Assembly: GCA_002269645.1 (NCBI GenBank)
Contig: NIVC01002640.1
Span: 54,364 to 118,363, forward strand
Length of the DNA stretch: 64,000 nt
Direction: 5' to 3'
Origin: Macrostomum lignano
Lineage: Eukaryota
The number at the start of each line of letters is the position of its first letter. Within the stretch, counting starts at the first letter, position 1. The notes beneath the pieces were generated by a model. That model searched no databases and was not told the DNA's origin. It was given only the letters and a program-made list of their open reading frames with translations. The translations under genes and the position numbers were made by a program. This document shows, piece by piece, positions 37,221 to 51,007 of the stretch.

Positions 37221-38091
37221 TAGCACTCCGGAACTTCACTGTCTGAAAAGACACAATGAGCAATTAACTTTAAGCAGGAAATTCCATTGGCTTCAGTTGT
37301 GCAGTGTATTATCCTAATAAAATATATTTGGCTCATATTAGGCTCGAAGTTACGCTCATATATTTGCTTGTTTCTGTATTTAAATGTGCATAAAGTAGCA
37401 TTAATTGTAAGTATAGTACACAGGGAATTGCAAATGAATGAAAACCACAAGTGCTTAATGACAGTAGTATATAGTATAGCGATGTAGCCTAAAGTAACAT
37501 TTTGAAACATCAATAACACTTGCGGCATTGGCACGAAGCAGCACACGGTGGAAATCAATAATTATAAATTGTTTAACTTTTGAAAGTTTGCGTGGATTCA
37601 AAGACTAGCTTGGAAGTGTCTTGAGTTGAATTAAATATGGAATTGTATAGGAGTAGATACTGAGCATAGAAACTAGTTGGTCAATCAAGTAAATAAGACC
37701 GACTAAAAGTATAGCATAGACCGCAACCCTTTGATTAAAAAATAGTGCTGCGTCGTAGGTGTTTTATTTCTGGGTTAAAGCACGAATGAAAGTGGAAAAA
37801 TTAGCATCTGCAGTATCCCCTTAGGCCGGTTTACAATCGAGAAGTTGAGACTTCTACCTGAGACTTTCTTAATAAACCTTTCACATTGAAGCCTGAGGGC
37901 ATACGAATCCAGTCCTGGCAGATTGGACAGCTTTTACTGTGGAATTCAAGAACAGCTCTCTGCTGACCAATCGACAGCTTTGCAGTTCACAGCTAACTCA
38001 ACCTAGCAGATCAGTTAAAACAGCTGGTAAAACTCGAACAAATCCTTTGACAGGTGAGGACGGAGGAACACATGAGACGACGGGAGCTGGG

Positions 38092-38685
38092 GATAATAAT
38101 AACAGATAGATTACACCTGCCCCAATTGGGCCAAATGTGCAACCGACAGCTCAGTCGCAGCTATTGCGCGGCGCATCTGAAGTCTGCGTACGGCTGGGTG
38201 TCTTCACACATCCTCAATTACCCCAGCTAATGCTGGTGCCCATTTTACAGTTGGGTGAACTGAAGCAGTGCAGAGCTAAGTGTCTTGCTCAAGGACACAA
38301 ATAGTGGGATCGGGAATCGAACCCCTAACCTTCAAGACGTCTAACCACCAGGCCAGGCGCGTCGCCATCGGAGGGGGACAGGGGGGACATGCCAATGCTT
38401 TGTGTCCCCCCCCATCCCACCTTGTGACCCGTTGTGGTAATCAATAATTTTTCTTTAGGGCGCGAAAATGAGTGTCTGCAGCGCTGAAAGGAATGCCATC
38501 GGCGCTAAAAGGAATGCCTGTGGCGCCAAAATGAGTACCTGTGGCGCCAAAATGAGCGCTGACGACACGATTCTGAAAATAATGAATGAAATTGTAGGAA
38601 TTTTTAGTCATGTACATGTTGAATTCGGCTTTGTCTCCCCACCATAAAATCCATGGCGACGCCCTTGCACCAGGCTGCAACCTCC
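38092..38685 (-). mobile_element. CORE-like tRNA SINE copy 2, interrupted by a hAT MITE
   Basis: Reverse complement matches the 18048-18328 copy, including B-box ggttcgattccc, the CORE-like block and the (ATT)n tail. Confidence 0.82.
38354..38667. mobile_element. 314-bp hAT-type MITE
   Basis: TIRs caggcgcgtcgccat / atggcgacgcccttg and a perfect 8-bp TSD caccaggc (38346-38353 and 38668-38675). Confidence 0.85.
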
Positions 38686-38795
38686 TAGCCTAGAGAAGCC
38701 TTAAGAAGTATCAATGATTCTCTTTGTAAAAGTATGGAATTCAGATTAACTGTTTCAATAGTCACGCATGCATGTACAAACTGTTGACCCAGAGT

Positions 38796-39407
38796 TCACC
38801 CGGCCTCTTGCGGAGCCGCCGAAGCTCCATTGCTGCTGCCGCCGCCGCCGCCGCCGCCGCGTTGTTGCCGTTTGATCTCGCGCTCATTTCGCTGAATATG
38901 CGGATTGCTCCGAGCGCCGACTGTGGCCACCACGAAGGCCAGGCCGCAGAGAATCCGCAGCACGGAGCGGAGCAGGTGCTGGCTGATGCGGATTCCGGCG
39001 ATGTTGTACAGCAGGCAGCGGGCGAAGACACCGCCGCTGGCGGCGTCGCGGTGCAAGCAGAAGGCGTCGATCATAGCGCCGTAGAGAATCGGCGAAATTG
39101 TCGACGAGAAGCTGGCCGCGAAGGTGATGAAGCCGAAGCCGATGTCCTTGTCGCGGGCGCTGATGGCGCGAATGACGATGACGCACACGATGCTCTTCAC
39201 CGCGCCAGCCAGCAGGTTCAGGCAGAAGAAGATGCAGTTGTAGGCGATGAGGGCCGCGCTGCAGCCGCCGCCGACTCCGCCGCCGTCGCAAAAGCCGTCG
39301 AAGGCGACGAAGCCGGCAGGCGACGCCGTGGGCGACGAAGACGCGACGGCGTCGCAGCCGCAGCCTTCGAAGCTGGGCAGCAGCGTAAACGGCTGCGGAC
39401 TCTCGGT
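38796..39407 (-). CDS. Organic anion transporting polypeptide (OATP/SLCO), exon 4 (terminal)
   Basis: VIVIRAISARDKDIGFG...SPILYGAMIDAFCLH.....RCLLYN matches OATP TM10-12 (P..YG..ID..C..W....C..Y). Acceptor cctccgctcccag| in phase 0. Confidence 0.9.
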   Translation of the reverse strand, partial: TESPQPFTLLPSFEGCGCDAVASSSPTASPAGFVAFDGFCDGGGVGGGCSAALIAYNCIFFCLNLLAGAVKSIVCVIVIRAISARDKDIGFGFITFAASFSSTISPILYGAMIDAFCLHRDAASGGVFARCLLYNIAGIRISQHLLRSVLRILCGLAFVVATVGARSNPHIQRNEREIKRQQRGGGGGGGSSNGASAAPQEAG

Positions 39408-39539
39408 CTGGGAGCGGAGGATCGAGCAGGCAGATGAGCTAGTTTTGTTATAATCCAAGATCCTGGCACCGGCTATGTACATTGGTACAGGCCACCTGAT
39501 CACGCAAAAACTGCCTCATTTGGTGGCCCAAAAATTTAT

Positions 39540-39900
39540 AACACCTGCGCGCTTACTCAGAATCCAGCATAAACACCTGCGCGCTTACTCAGAACCCAGC
39601 ATAAACACCTGCGCGCTTACTCAGAATCCAGCATAAACACCTGCGCGCTTACTCAGAATCCAGCATAAACACCTGCGCGCTTACTCAGAATCCAGCATAA
39701 ACACCTGCGCGCTTACTCAGAATCCAGCATAAACACCTGCGCGCTTACTCAGAATCCAGCATAAACACCTGCGCGCTTACTCAGAATCCAGCATAAACAC
39801 CTGCGCGCTTACTCAGAATCCAGCATAAACACCTGCGCGCTTACTCAGAATCCAGCATAAACACCTGCGCGCTTACTCAGAATCCAGCATAAACACCTGC
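39540..39900. repeat. 32-bp minisatellite (acacctgcgcgcttactcagaatccagcataa), ~11 copies
   Basis: Directly visible, in SLCO intron 3. Confidence 0.97.
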
Positions 39901-40804
39901 TAAGCCTGCTAGATTTCCTGCTGGCAAGACGGGCAGCGGTCACCTGCCCAGGCCTCTTCCTCGGCTAATCCTGCATTTCTGATTCCGACAGTTGGCACTA
40001 ATTCGCGGCTGCACTGAGAGCTGCAATTAGGTCAGCAGGCCAGGAAATTCCACTCGCAATTACTTCGTCATAAATTTGGTTTTAGCAATTAAAAAATTGG
40101 CGCGGCTTTGAGGTGCGCAGTTTTCTAACCAGATTAAAGCCGCCATCTGCGCGCTCTGCCGAGTTTGTTTACACTTTGGATTTCTAAATTCGTGTTGTAC
40201 GCTTTCTCTACTAGAAGCAGAAATTCTCTGGCTATCGCCTTTCGCATGCAGGGAGCCTGTTATCTTCTAGCAGGCTGGTCACACTCTAGCTGGACCGCAG
40301 GTCCTGCCGCAGCTGTCAGCAGCCAGTGGCTATCTTGCACTGGAATCTCTGCAGTTCGCAGTTGCGCACACAAATGCTATTTTTCTTCATTGCGTAATGC
40401 TGGCTGGACTGTTTCATGGACCACTAAAGCTGGATGCTGCAATTCCAAATCGTGCGGAACTCGCACTGGCGGGCACAGTTTCACCCACAAGGCACAGAGA
40501 CTGTACATGCCTGACGATTAGAAAGTCAGGGCCAGCTGTACACCCTGTGTGAGCGTGTGTGTGATTGCGTGCCTTCATACATTATTGGCGCGCTTGTATG
40601 TGTGCTCAGGGAGTCAGCGGAATGGGCAGAATTGCAGTCAGCGCTGGCTGTGAGACGAAGGCGCTGCGGCTCTGTCTATGGTAAAACCTGTTTGCTACTG
40701 GCTTGAACTGACCACGGATCCCAACACTGATTCTGTGTGCTGTATCATTACTCAAACCTTGTTTCCATGATAACTGCCAGGATTCGAACTCTGGTCTAAC
40801 TCAC

Positions 40805-40928
40805 CGAGTTGTAAAATGAAAAACTCGAGCAGCCGGCCAGACAGGGTGACAAGTAGGAGGCGTTGCCGGAGCAGACGGGCCGGTACTGCCGGCTGTCGCA
40901 GTCGCACAGGGCGCAGGCGGCGGGACTG
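40805..40928 (-). CDS. OATP/SLCO exon 3 (Kazal-like extracellular loop)
   Basis: ACALCDCDSRQYRPVCSGNASYLSPCLAGC is the OATP Kazal motif (C.C....Y.PVC.....Y.SPC.AGC). Boundaries aag| and |GTGAGT, phases matched. Confidence 0.92.
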
Positions 40929-40964
40929 CTTGGGGTGGAGAGTGGATGGGGCTGGCGGTTGTTT

Positions 40965-41782
40965 CTTCAGTGACTCTGGGGCTGCAGCTGTGTCCCTTCA
41001 GTGACTCTCTGAAGCTGGGCAGCTGTGTCTCTTCAGTGACTTTCTGAAGCTGGGCAGCTGTGTCCCTTCAGTGACTTTCTGGGGCTGCAGCTGTGTCCCT
41101 TCAGTGACTCTGAGGCTGGGCAGCTGTGTCCCTTCAGTGACTTTCTGGGGCTGCAGCTGTGTCCCTTCAGTGACTCTGAGGCTGGGCAGCTGTGTCCCTT
41201 CAGTGACTTTCTGGGGCTGCAGCTGTGTCCCTTCAGTGACTCTGAGGCTGGGCAGCTGTGTCCCTTCAGTGACTCTCTGAGGCTGGGCAGCTGTGTCCCT
41301 TCAGTGACTCTCTGAGGCTGGGCAACTGTGTCCCTTCAGTGACTCTGAGGCTGGGCAGCTGTGTCCCTTCAGTGACTTTCTGGGGCTGGGCAGCTGTGTC
41401 CCTTCAGTGACTTTCTGGGGCTGGGCAGCTGTGTCCCTTCAGTGACTCTGAGGCTGGGCAGCTGTGACCCTTCAGTGACTTTCTGAGGCTGGGCAGCTGT
41501 GTTCCTTCAGTGACTTTCTGGGGCTGCAGCTGTGTCCCTTCAGTGACTCTGAGGCTACAGCTGTGTCCCTTCAGTGACTTTCTGGGGCTGCAGCTGTGTC
41601 CCTTCAGTGACTCTGAGGCTGGGCAGCTGTGTCCCTTCAGTGACTTTCTGGGGCTGCAGCTGTGTCCCTTCAGTGACTCTGAGGCTGGGCAGCTGTGTCC
41701 CTTCAGTGACTTTCTGGGGCTGCAGCTGTGTCCCTTCAGTGACTCTCTGAGGCTGGGCAGCTGTGTCCCTTCAGTGACTCTG
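40965..41782. repeat. ~33-35-bp minisatellite (cagctgtgtcccttcagtgactttctggggctg)
   Basis: About 24 units in SLCO intron 2. Confidence 0.96.
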
Positions 41783-42307
41783 GGCGACCAATCGGAAACA
41801 GTAATGCACGTGACAGCAGCCTATCGAGAGGCCGCGACAGTCTAATAAAAGAGTTCAAGCCCGTAACAGATAATAATAAAAAAGTCACGTGACAGATCGA
41901 AATTCAACGTGGCGCAGTTCAGCGCATCTGAGCAAGCTGTCAGGCAATGCGAAACGGTGATCTTAAATCGCAAACAGAGAGTGACAGCACAAAAATGTAG
42001 ATTTTTTAGAAATCACAAGATCACGGGATCTTGGATTATAATTAAAATTTTGAGTATAGTCAGGGTCCTATTGCTGACCCGATTGTTTTAAACTTCGTTT
42101 TATCACGTGCTTCTGATAAGTAGCGCCGCTGCATTTGTGCCTGAATTATTTATACAGCTTTGCTGCTCACTGCTTGTTTTTGCCTACGGCACGAAGTTTT
42201 CATCCCTGATCCCCTTTGTCGACCTGGGCAACATCACGTTCGCAATTGTATCGGTGTCAGCCTGACCCCCAATCAATCAATTATCAATCAATTAATCTCT
42301 TCTTCCT

Positions 42308-43658
<1,351 letters not shown>

Positions 43659-43675
43659 TGTCCGCCATATCTCAC

Positions 43676-43905
43676 CTGTCAAAGTCAGTGAACTCGGGTG
43701 TCGCTCTGCACTCCAGCAAAGCTCCAATGTTTCCCAGCAGGCCGATCGCCAGGCAGACCCCTGTGGTGAGCGCCAGCAGTTTGCTCAGCGACAGCCGGGC
43801 CCGGTTCATGAAGATGCCGCCCCCCAGAGTCCCCAGGGCCGATGACAGGCCCTCCACAATGCCCGCGTACAGACCCGCCTCGCCTGTGGTCACTCCGAAT
43901 CCGAC
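43676..43905 (-). CDS. OATP/SLCO exon 2 (TM8-9)
   Basis: [38 protein letters not shown]...LLEC matches OATP TM8 (G..LGG). Boundaries cccag| and AG|GTGAGA. Confidence 0.9.
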
Positions 43906-44039
43906 CTGGGTTGCGGAAATTTCGGCAGGACTCGATCATCTCCGCCAAACTCACATTTTTAATACGAAGTTAGGGATGGGTTGAAAGGAGGACAGAAAGA
44001 ATATTCAGTCTAAAAAGCTTCTCATAGAAACCCGTTTGG

Positions 44040-45440
44040 AACCAGCTTCTCCATTGGAACACCTAAATTGCTTCCCATTTGTTCACTCAACCAGCTTCCC
44101 CATTGGAACACCCAATCAGCTTCCCCATTGGAACTCCTAAATTGCTTCCCATTTGTTCACCCAACCAGCTTCCCCATTGGAACACCCAACCAGCTTCTCC
44201 ATTGGAACTCCTAAATTGCTTCCCATTTGTTCACTCAACCAGCTTCCCCATTGGAACACCCAACCAGCTTCCCCATTGGAACACCCAACCAGCTTCCCCA
44301 TTGGAAGACCCAACCAGCTTCCCCATTGGAACACCCAACCAGCTTCCCCATTGGAACTCTCAACCAGCTTCCCCATTGGAACACCCAACCAGCTTCCCCA
44401 TTGGAACACCCAACCAGCTTCCCCATTGGAACACCCAACCAGCTTCTCCATTGGAACTCCTAAATTGCTTCCCATTTGTTCACCCAACCAGCTTCCCCAT
44501 TGGAACACCCAACCAGCTTCCCCATTGGAACACCCAATCAGCTTCCCCATTGGAACTCCTAAATTGCTTCCCATTTGTTCACTCAACCAGCTTCCCCATT
44601 GGAACACCCAATCAGCTTCCCCATTGGAACTCCTAAATTGCTTCCCATTTGTTCACTCAACCAGCTTCCCCATTGGAACACCCAATCAGCTTCCCCATCG
44701 GAAGACCCAACCAGCTTCCCCATTGGAACACCCAACCAGCTTCCCCATTGGAACTCTCAACCAGCTTCCCCATTGGAACACCCAATCAGCTTCCCCATTG
44801 GAAGACCCAACCAGCTTCCCCATTGGAACACCCAACCAGCTTCCCCATTGGAAGACCCAACCAGCTTCCCCATTGGAACACCCAACCAGCTTCCCCATTG
44901 GAACTCTCAACCAGCTTCCCCATTGGAACACCCAATCAGCTTCCCCATTGGAAGACCCAACCAGCTTCCCCATTGGAACACCCAACCAGCTTTCCCATTG
45001 GAACACCCAATCAGCTTCCCCATCGGAAGACCCAACCAGCTTCCCCATTGGAACACCCAACCAGCTTCCCCATTGGAACTCTCAACCAGCTTCCCCATTG
45101 GAACACCCAATCAGCTTCCCCATTGGAAGACCCAACCAGCTTCCCCATTGGAACACCCAACCAGCTTCCCCATTGGAAGACCCAACCAGCTTCCCCATTG
45201 GAACACCCAACCAGCTTCCCCATTGGAACTCTCAACCAGCTTCCCCATTGGAACACCCAATCAGCTTCCCCATTGGAAGACCCAACCAGCTTCCCCATTG
45301 GAACACCCAACCAGCTTCCCCATTGGAAGACCCAACCAGCTTCCCCATTGGAACACCCAACCAGCTTCCCCATTGGAACACCCAACCAGCTTCCCCATTG
45401 GAACTCTCAACCAGCTTCCCCACCCAACCAGCTTCCCCAC
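44040..45440. repeat. 25-bp minisatellite (ccagcttccccattggaacacccaa) with higher-order variants
   Basis: Fills SLCO intron 1 and generates many spurious ORFs. Confidence 0.97.
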
Positions 45441-45475
45441 CGGAAGCAGCCAGCTTCCCGGACTGGAACGCGGAC

Positions 45476-46660
45476 CTGGTAGTACTTGGGCAGGAAGGCC
45501 AGGAAGCCCATGAAGGCCAGGAACTCCAGCGCGGCGCCGATCAGCAGCGCCAGGAAGGTGAGGTTGCCGGCCAGCCGGCGCAGCGTGTGCGACAGGCCGG
45601 TCTTGACCAGGCTGGCCGGGTCCAGGCTCACCACGCTGTTCAGCAGGTCGACCGCCGGCGTCGGGCGGTCTCCGTTCTCGGCGCCTGGGGCGGCGGCCTC
45701 GGCTGCTTTGGCTGGAGTCGGCAGCCCCGACTTCGATGCGTCGCAATCAGCTGCTTGATGATGCTGTTGCTGCTCCTGCGGCGCCGCGGAGCCGTCCTCG
45801 CACAGGGCTCGGCCGTCGGGTTCGTCGAGGTCCGAAGCCGGGGGAAGCCGCTTCTCCGTGGGCAGCTCGATCTCCTCCGGCTGGCCGTCATCCGGGCGGG
45901 GCAGCTGCCTGGGGAAGCAGAACATGATCAGCGAGCAGCAGGCGGTGAGGCCGGAGAGGCACACGAAGCCGAGCCACCAGGCGCCGACGCCGGTGTGTTC
46001 GGCGGCGCCGCTCAGCAGGCTCTCGGGCAGCATGGCCAGCTGGCCGCCGATGATGTACCCGGGCACCGGCGCCACGAAGCGGAGGGCCATCATGGCGGAT
46101 ATGTACACCGGGGCGTGCACCTTTGACACGTGGTCGTCGATGTAGGCGAGGCCCAGGTTCCAGAACGGCGTACTGCCGACGCCAACCAGGAAGGCGCCGA
46201 GCACCAGCACGAAGTAGGCGACGGCCGACTGGCGGCTGAGCGGCTGCTGGCCGTCGGCAGCGACTGCGGCCGCGGCAGCCGACGTGGTGGCAGTGGAGTT
46301 GCACAGCAGTCCGGCTGAAGGGGAGCTCGACTGGGAGGCCGGCGAGCCGCCCGAGCCAGCCGGCATGGGGCCAAAGAAATAGTATGGACTGCTCATGATG
46401 AGAATGCCCAGCGACAGGAGCAGCCCGAGGCCGCCCATTGTCCGCGGCCGGTGGGCCTGGCGACCGTAGAAGCTGACGGGCAGGACGCCCAGCAGGTAGC
46501 CGAAGTCGCTGGAGCCCTGCAGCAGGCCTGACAGCTTGCTGGGCAGGTTGAACCGCTTCTCCAGGGTCGTGAGCATGGAGATCAGGTAGGTGTCGAAGCT
46601 GCCGTAGACCAGGGCGAACAGGCCCAGGCAGAGTGTGTAGGCGTTGATGTTGCAGGGCAT
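45476..46660 (-). CDS. OATP/SLCO exon 1 (TM1-7)
   Basis: LTTLEKRFNLPSKLSG...DFG; VSFYGRQAHRPR; LG..YIDDHV......PVY; GYIIGG; WVGAW-like GVGAWWLGF; F.GFLAFLPKYYQ. In-frame stop upstream of ATG 46660. The four exons join to 716 aa. Confidence 0.95.
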
Positions 46661-47564
46661 TTTGCTGCTTCTGTTTGGCCTGTTTCTTCTGCTTCTTTAG
46701 CTTTCTGTCCCTCCTAGCCCGGGGCAGGCGCAGGCCTTTTGTATCACCTGAGCGGCTGGCCTGGAGCGGAGGAGGGAGAGACGTTGCGTTGCGCAAATCT
46801 GTTGGCCTGTCGGAGGGAATCGCGTTGCGTCACACCCGCGCTGACCCTGGGCGAACCCGAGGCCCCAAGTGTTGAATAATAGAATGATGGCTGTTGCTTG
46901 CGCTCGGCAGTGCGGCCCGGGTGCAGTGGGGGCTGTTCAGGCCCAGCTGACTCGCTTGTGTGCTGTGTGCTTGTGGGCCGTTCGCTTTCGTGCAAATCCA
47001 ACCCGCCTGTCCAGCCAGGCTTTGCGCGGGGCAAAAATTACCCGCTAGAAAATGGAGACGACCCTCAGTTCCCCTCCCTGCTCCCCTCCTGCAACAGCCT
47101 ACCCCAGGCTTCCCCCTCCGCTCCAGCGCTCTCCCTATCTATCCAACTCTCCCTGTGAGCGTTCTCATTGTCAGGCCACGCTTTGCTGCCTCTTGCTGAC
47201 TTTGCGCCACAGCCAATGAGGTGGCAGGGCGTGTTGCACACCCCCTCTCTCTCCCTCTCTCTCTCCCCCTCTCTCTCTTCTGGAGACTCTCCTCCCCTTA
47301 GCGCTTTCATTCAGTGAGCCAAGCGCACAAACACGACATTTTTGGCCAGTGTCACGGTCAACACTTTTCTGCCAGCGTGGTGACAGTCAGAAAGTCTGAT
47401 CTTCTATTAAAAAAAAGAAGAGAAAGCGAAATGAAAGAAAACTGAGAAGCCCAATGAGTGCCCCAAAAATCCGGCTAGAAACTTTGAGCTGAGAGACGCA
47501 GTAATGAAAGCAAATCTTGGGCAGGAAATTCTGTGCTGAACCAAGCTTTGCTTTGCGGCTTTAA

Positions 47565-49620
47565 CCTCTACGCGACGGGTGGGGTTTAGCATCACCCCTG
47601 TTGCCGACGGCTGTCCCGAAATCGGGACATAGACTATTGAACAGTCGCTAAAGTCGCTGCTGCAGCACCCCCTTTCCCGCCGGTTTCTCTCTGTGGCGAC
47701 TGTCTTAGTCATTTCTTAATTTGATCTGCACTTGTCTCTATTTACTTTTTTTTCTCTCTTTGTCCAGTTCAGTCTTGTTATTTTTATCTGTTTCCCTCGC
47801 TGCCTTCTGATTGGCTCTTCAACCTCGCCTCTTTTAGTCGCGAGTTCCATCCCCTTTTTTATTATCTGCACTCCCCCTCCTTAGTTTAATGTCTTTTAAA
47901 TATATTCGTTTAGGGCCCTGTCCAATTACAATTAAATAGCCTCTCTTATTTTTCCTGCACTTTCACTCTAACTATATATTTACTGTCTCACTGGCTGCTG
48001 CGCTTACTCGCGTTGTTATTGCCATGGAATCTGAAAACGAATACGCAGCCATTTTCACTGATGACGACTCGCTGGAGTCGCTAGATAGAATCGAGGACGA
48101 GTTGATGGAGGAAGAAGGCGAAGAATAAGAAGAAGAAGAAGAAGGCATGCAGACAGAGGAAGTTGGTGATGTACCAGAGTGGCACTTTGTTCAGACTGGA
48201 ATGGATGCTGTGCCGAATGAAGCCGAGTTTCTGGGAACACCAGGGGTTCACCCAGATTGGAGGCCTCAAGCTTCAGCTGATGGAAACGAAGAGGAGTTTC
48301 TGCGTCTCTACCTCACTGATGGAATCATTGCAAGCGTGAAAACCTGGACGAATCGTAGGGCGTGGAAGATATTCAAGGAGTGCGCTGACGAAGAGCAGTT
48401 GCCGAAGCTGGTAAAGAACTGGAGAGATTGTACAGATGATGAGGTGAGGAAGCTGTTCTGTTGATGGGCCTGGACAAAAAGCCGGAGATCAGCAGCTACT
48501 GGAGCCAGGACCCTGTTTTCCATTGCTCCTTTCTGTCCATGCCCAATGCCCTCCCGAGAGATAGGTTCAAGTAGCTGCTTTCCTGCCTTCGTTTCTACGA
48601 CTGCACGGATGTCCAGGAAGGGCCCTTGGCCAAGATCCAGCGGACAGGAAGAGCAGCGGAACAAAGACCGTGTATCTCCTGGACACTGCTGGGCAGGCTG
48701 CCTGTGTGAACGTGCCCCGAGTCCGTCGGGGAGGCGAGCAGCAGGTGATCGCAAAGCCAGTGACAGTGGTCACCTACTCGAAGAGTATGGGCGGCGTGGA
48801 CCGTATGGATTCGGCAGCGAACCCCTACCTGGCCAGCCGGAAAACGCAGCGCTGGTTTCAGAAACTCGCGTTTTACCTGCTGCTGCTTCTGGTTCGGAAC
48901 TCGTGGATCGTCTACCGCCAGCACGGAGGTACCAAGACTTTCGTGGCGTTTCTGCGCAAAGCAGTCAGCATCTTGGTGGAGGAGACTGGCAGGGGCAGGC
49001 GCCATTTCGCTGTCAGGGCAGGCCGTCCTGCAGCAGTCGGACCGGCAGGTGACGGCCCTGCAGTACAGCATTTGCCGACCAAAGCTCCATTGAACGCTGC
49101 CCATGTTCGGCCGTGCAATCAATGCCGCGTGTGCAGCGAGAACCGAATCGCGAAGAAGACAGTGTACATATGCCCTGATTGTCCGGGAGTACCAGCACTT
49201 TGTATAGGCCAGTACTTCAGAAACTGGCACAGCCAACCGCACTGACTGTTACAGACCTTCTCGTCTTCATGTTTTTTTCTTCCACACCCTCGGTTGACTT
49301 TGCTCTTTCCATTCCTAACCCGCTCCCTTTTTGTCCCCACCCTTGAATAAAATTTAAATATTTATGGAGTACCCTAACAAGGAGCTTTCCGTTGCTATGG
49401 TGTCAATCCAAAATTATCTGTTCTAATCCTGTTTCTGTTCTGTTAGCACTTTCACTTATTTTAAATTAAAATAAAGCTGTGTGTCCCGTTTTTGGGACAT
49501 AGCCGTCGGCAACGGCAGTGCAGCGCAGCTGCAGTTTTGACCATAGAGCTTAGTTTTAAGTTTTCGGCTGAAGCAGAAGTGGCTGCTTGTCCCGTATTCG
49601 GGACATCCGTCGGCTTACCG
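47565..49620 (+). mobile_element. piggyBac-like DNA transposon, internally deleted (~2.06 kb)
   Basis: TTAA on both flanks (47561-47564 and 49621-49624), imperfect TIRs, and subterminal gccgacgg-tgtcccg-N4-cgggaca repeats (one left, two right, inverted). Confidence 0.88.
48024..49245 (+). pseudogene. piggyBac (PGBD4-like) transposase pseudogene
   Basis: Acidic N-terminus; LMGLDKKPEISSYWS...RDRF; YSKSMGGVDRMD...RKTQRWFQK; C-terminal C..C...C..C Cys-rich domain. Contains stops (TAA ~48126, TAG ~48571), frameshifts and loss of the central DDD core. Confidence 0.9.
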
Positions 49621-49855
49621 TTAATCCCCCCTAAGTGTTTTTATTAAGGAAAATTGCGGAGTTACCTTCGAAACACAACAACCCATAAAACATGAAATTT
49701 CGTGATTTAAAAAAATTCAAAATCGCTCAAGCACAAGGGAAAAAGTGAAAACTGTTAAAATTTAAAATTTTAGCAATGCGCAAAGTTAGCTACTTGCAGT
49801 CGCATGTTTAGCAAAGTTTAACACGATTTTTTATTTTCAACAGCTATTGAACGCG

Positions 49856-50636
49856 TCAAAGTCCCTTGGTGATGCTCATGGAGATGATTTTGTACACCGA
49901 GAACAGAATTCCTAGCGACAGCAATGTGGGAATTATTATGGCAGCTGCCTGGCTGCTGCCGCTCAGGTAGGTGCGCAAGTTCTGCTCCATCACAGCCTGC
50001 GAGTCTGTTGTGACTGCCGCCTCTGCTGTTGTGGTGGGTTGTGTAGTTGTTGTGGTGGGTTGTGTAGTTGTTGTGGTGGGTTGTGTAGTTGTTGTGGTGG
50101 GTTGTGTAGTTGTTGTGGTGGGTTGTGTAGTTGTTGTGGTGGGTTGTGTAGTTGTTGTGGTGGGTTGTGTAGTTGTTGTGGTGGGTGTTGTAGTTGTTGC
50201 TGTGGGTGGTGTAGTTGTTGTGGTGGGTTGTGTAGTTGTTGCTGTGGGTGTTGTAGTTGTTGTGGTGGGTGGTGTAGTTGCTGCTGTGGGTGTTGTAGTT
50301 GTTGTGGTGGGTTCTGTAGTTGTGATGGGTGTTGTGCCAGGTGTCGGGGTTGGCGTGTTAGATGTTGTCATAGCAGTGTTAACCAGCTGCAGTAGGCTGT
50401 GTGGGTGTTCCATCAGACACAGTAGCCATTGTGGTAGACACCGCAGACGCAGGTGGGTCGGTGCTCATCGCAGTGGTGGCAGAGTCTGTCTTCACGTTTG
50501 AGTCCAAAGAAGCCGAGCTGCCCGGGCCCTCAGTCTGTGTCGTCTGAGCATCGACTGTTGTGGAAGTCAACGACCTGACGGGCCTCTGTATAACCAGCAG
50601 CAGCAGCAGCAGCAGTGTGCAGAGTTCACTGCTCAT
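49856..50636 (-). CDS. Thr-rich mucin-like type I membrane protein (~259 aa) with a 1-nt frameshift near 50388
   Basis: Signal peptide MSSELCTLLLLLLLVIQRPVRS, a Thr/Pro stalk of 21-bp TTTTQPT repeats, and a C-terminal hydrophobic segment AAAIIIPTLLSLGILFSVY with a short tail. Two overlapping ORFs (50379..50780 and 49856..50413) fuse if one G is removed. Confidence 0.7.
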
Positions 50637-51007
50637 GTTTGAGGCCTTTGGGACTACTGAGTATGATCTGAACAGGATGCTGGCAGAGAAGACTAACGCG
50701 TTACAAACGAGTGGGCCCAAGTGCTTATGTATGCGGATTGGAATTAACCAATTAACTGTGCATTGATTTGCCAAATTCAATCAAATCACGGAACTTCCAT
50801 TGTCTGGAAAAAACAATAGATCAGTGCGTGTGGATTGGATTGGTGCTCTCATCAGATTTCCCAATGACGATTATATTGACTACATGGTTAACTGGTGTTG
50901 GCGACTCCTGTGAGATCTAGAGATCACGTGACGTCTTCTCAAAGAGCAGAAGATTTATATTTATAAATTGGCTAAAAGAACCGACAGAAGAGTTCAAGAA
51001 ACAGACG

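Noticed and set aside
45261-46796. Overlapping ORFs around SLCO exon 1, and those inside 51969-55251 and 38772-39469
   Set aside because: Shadow frames of GC3-rich genuine coding exons.
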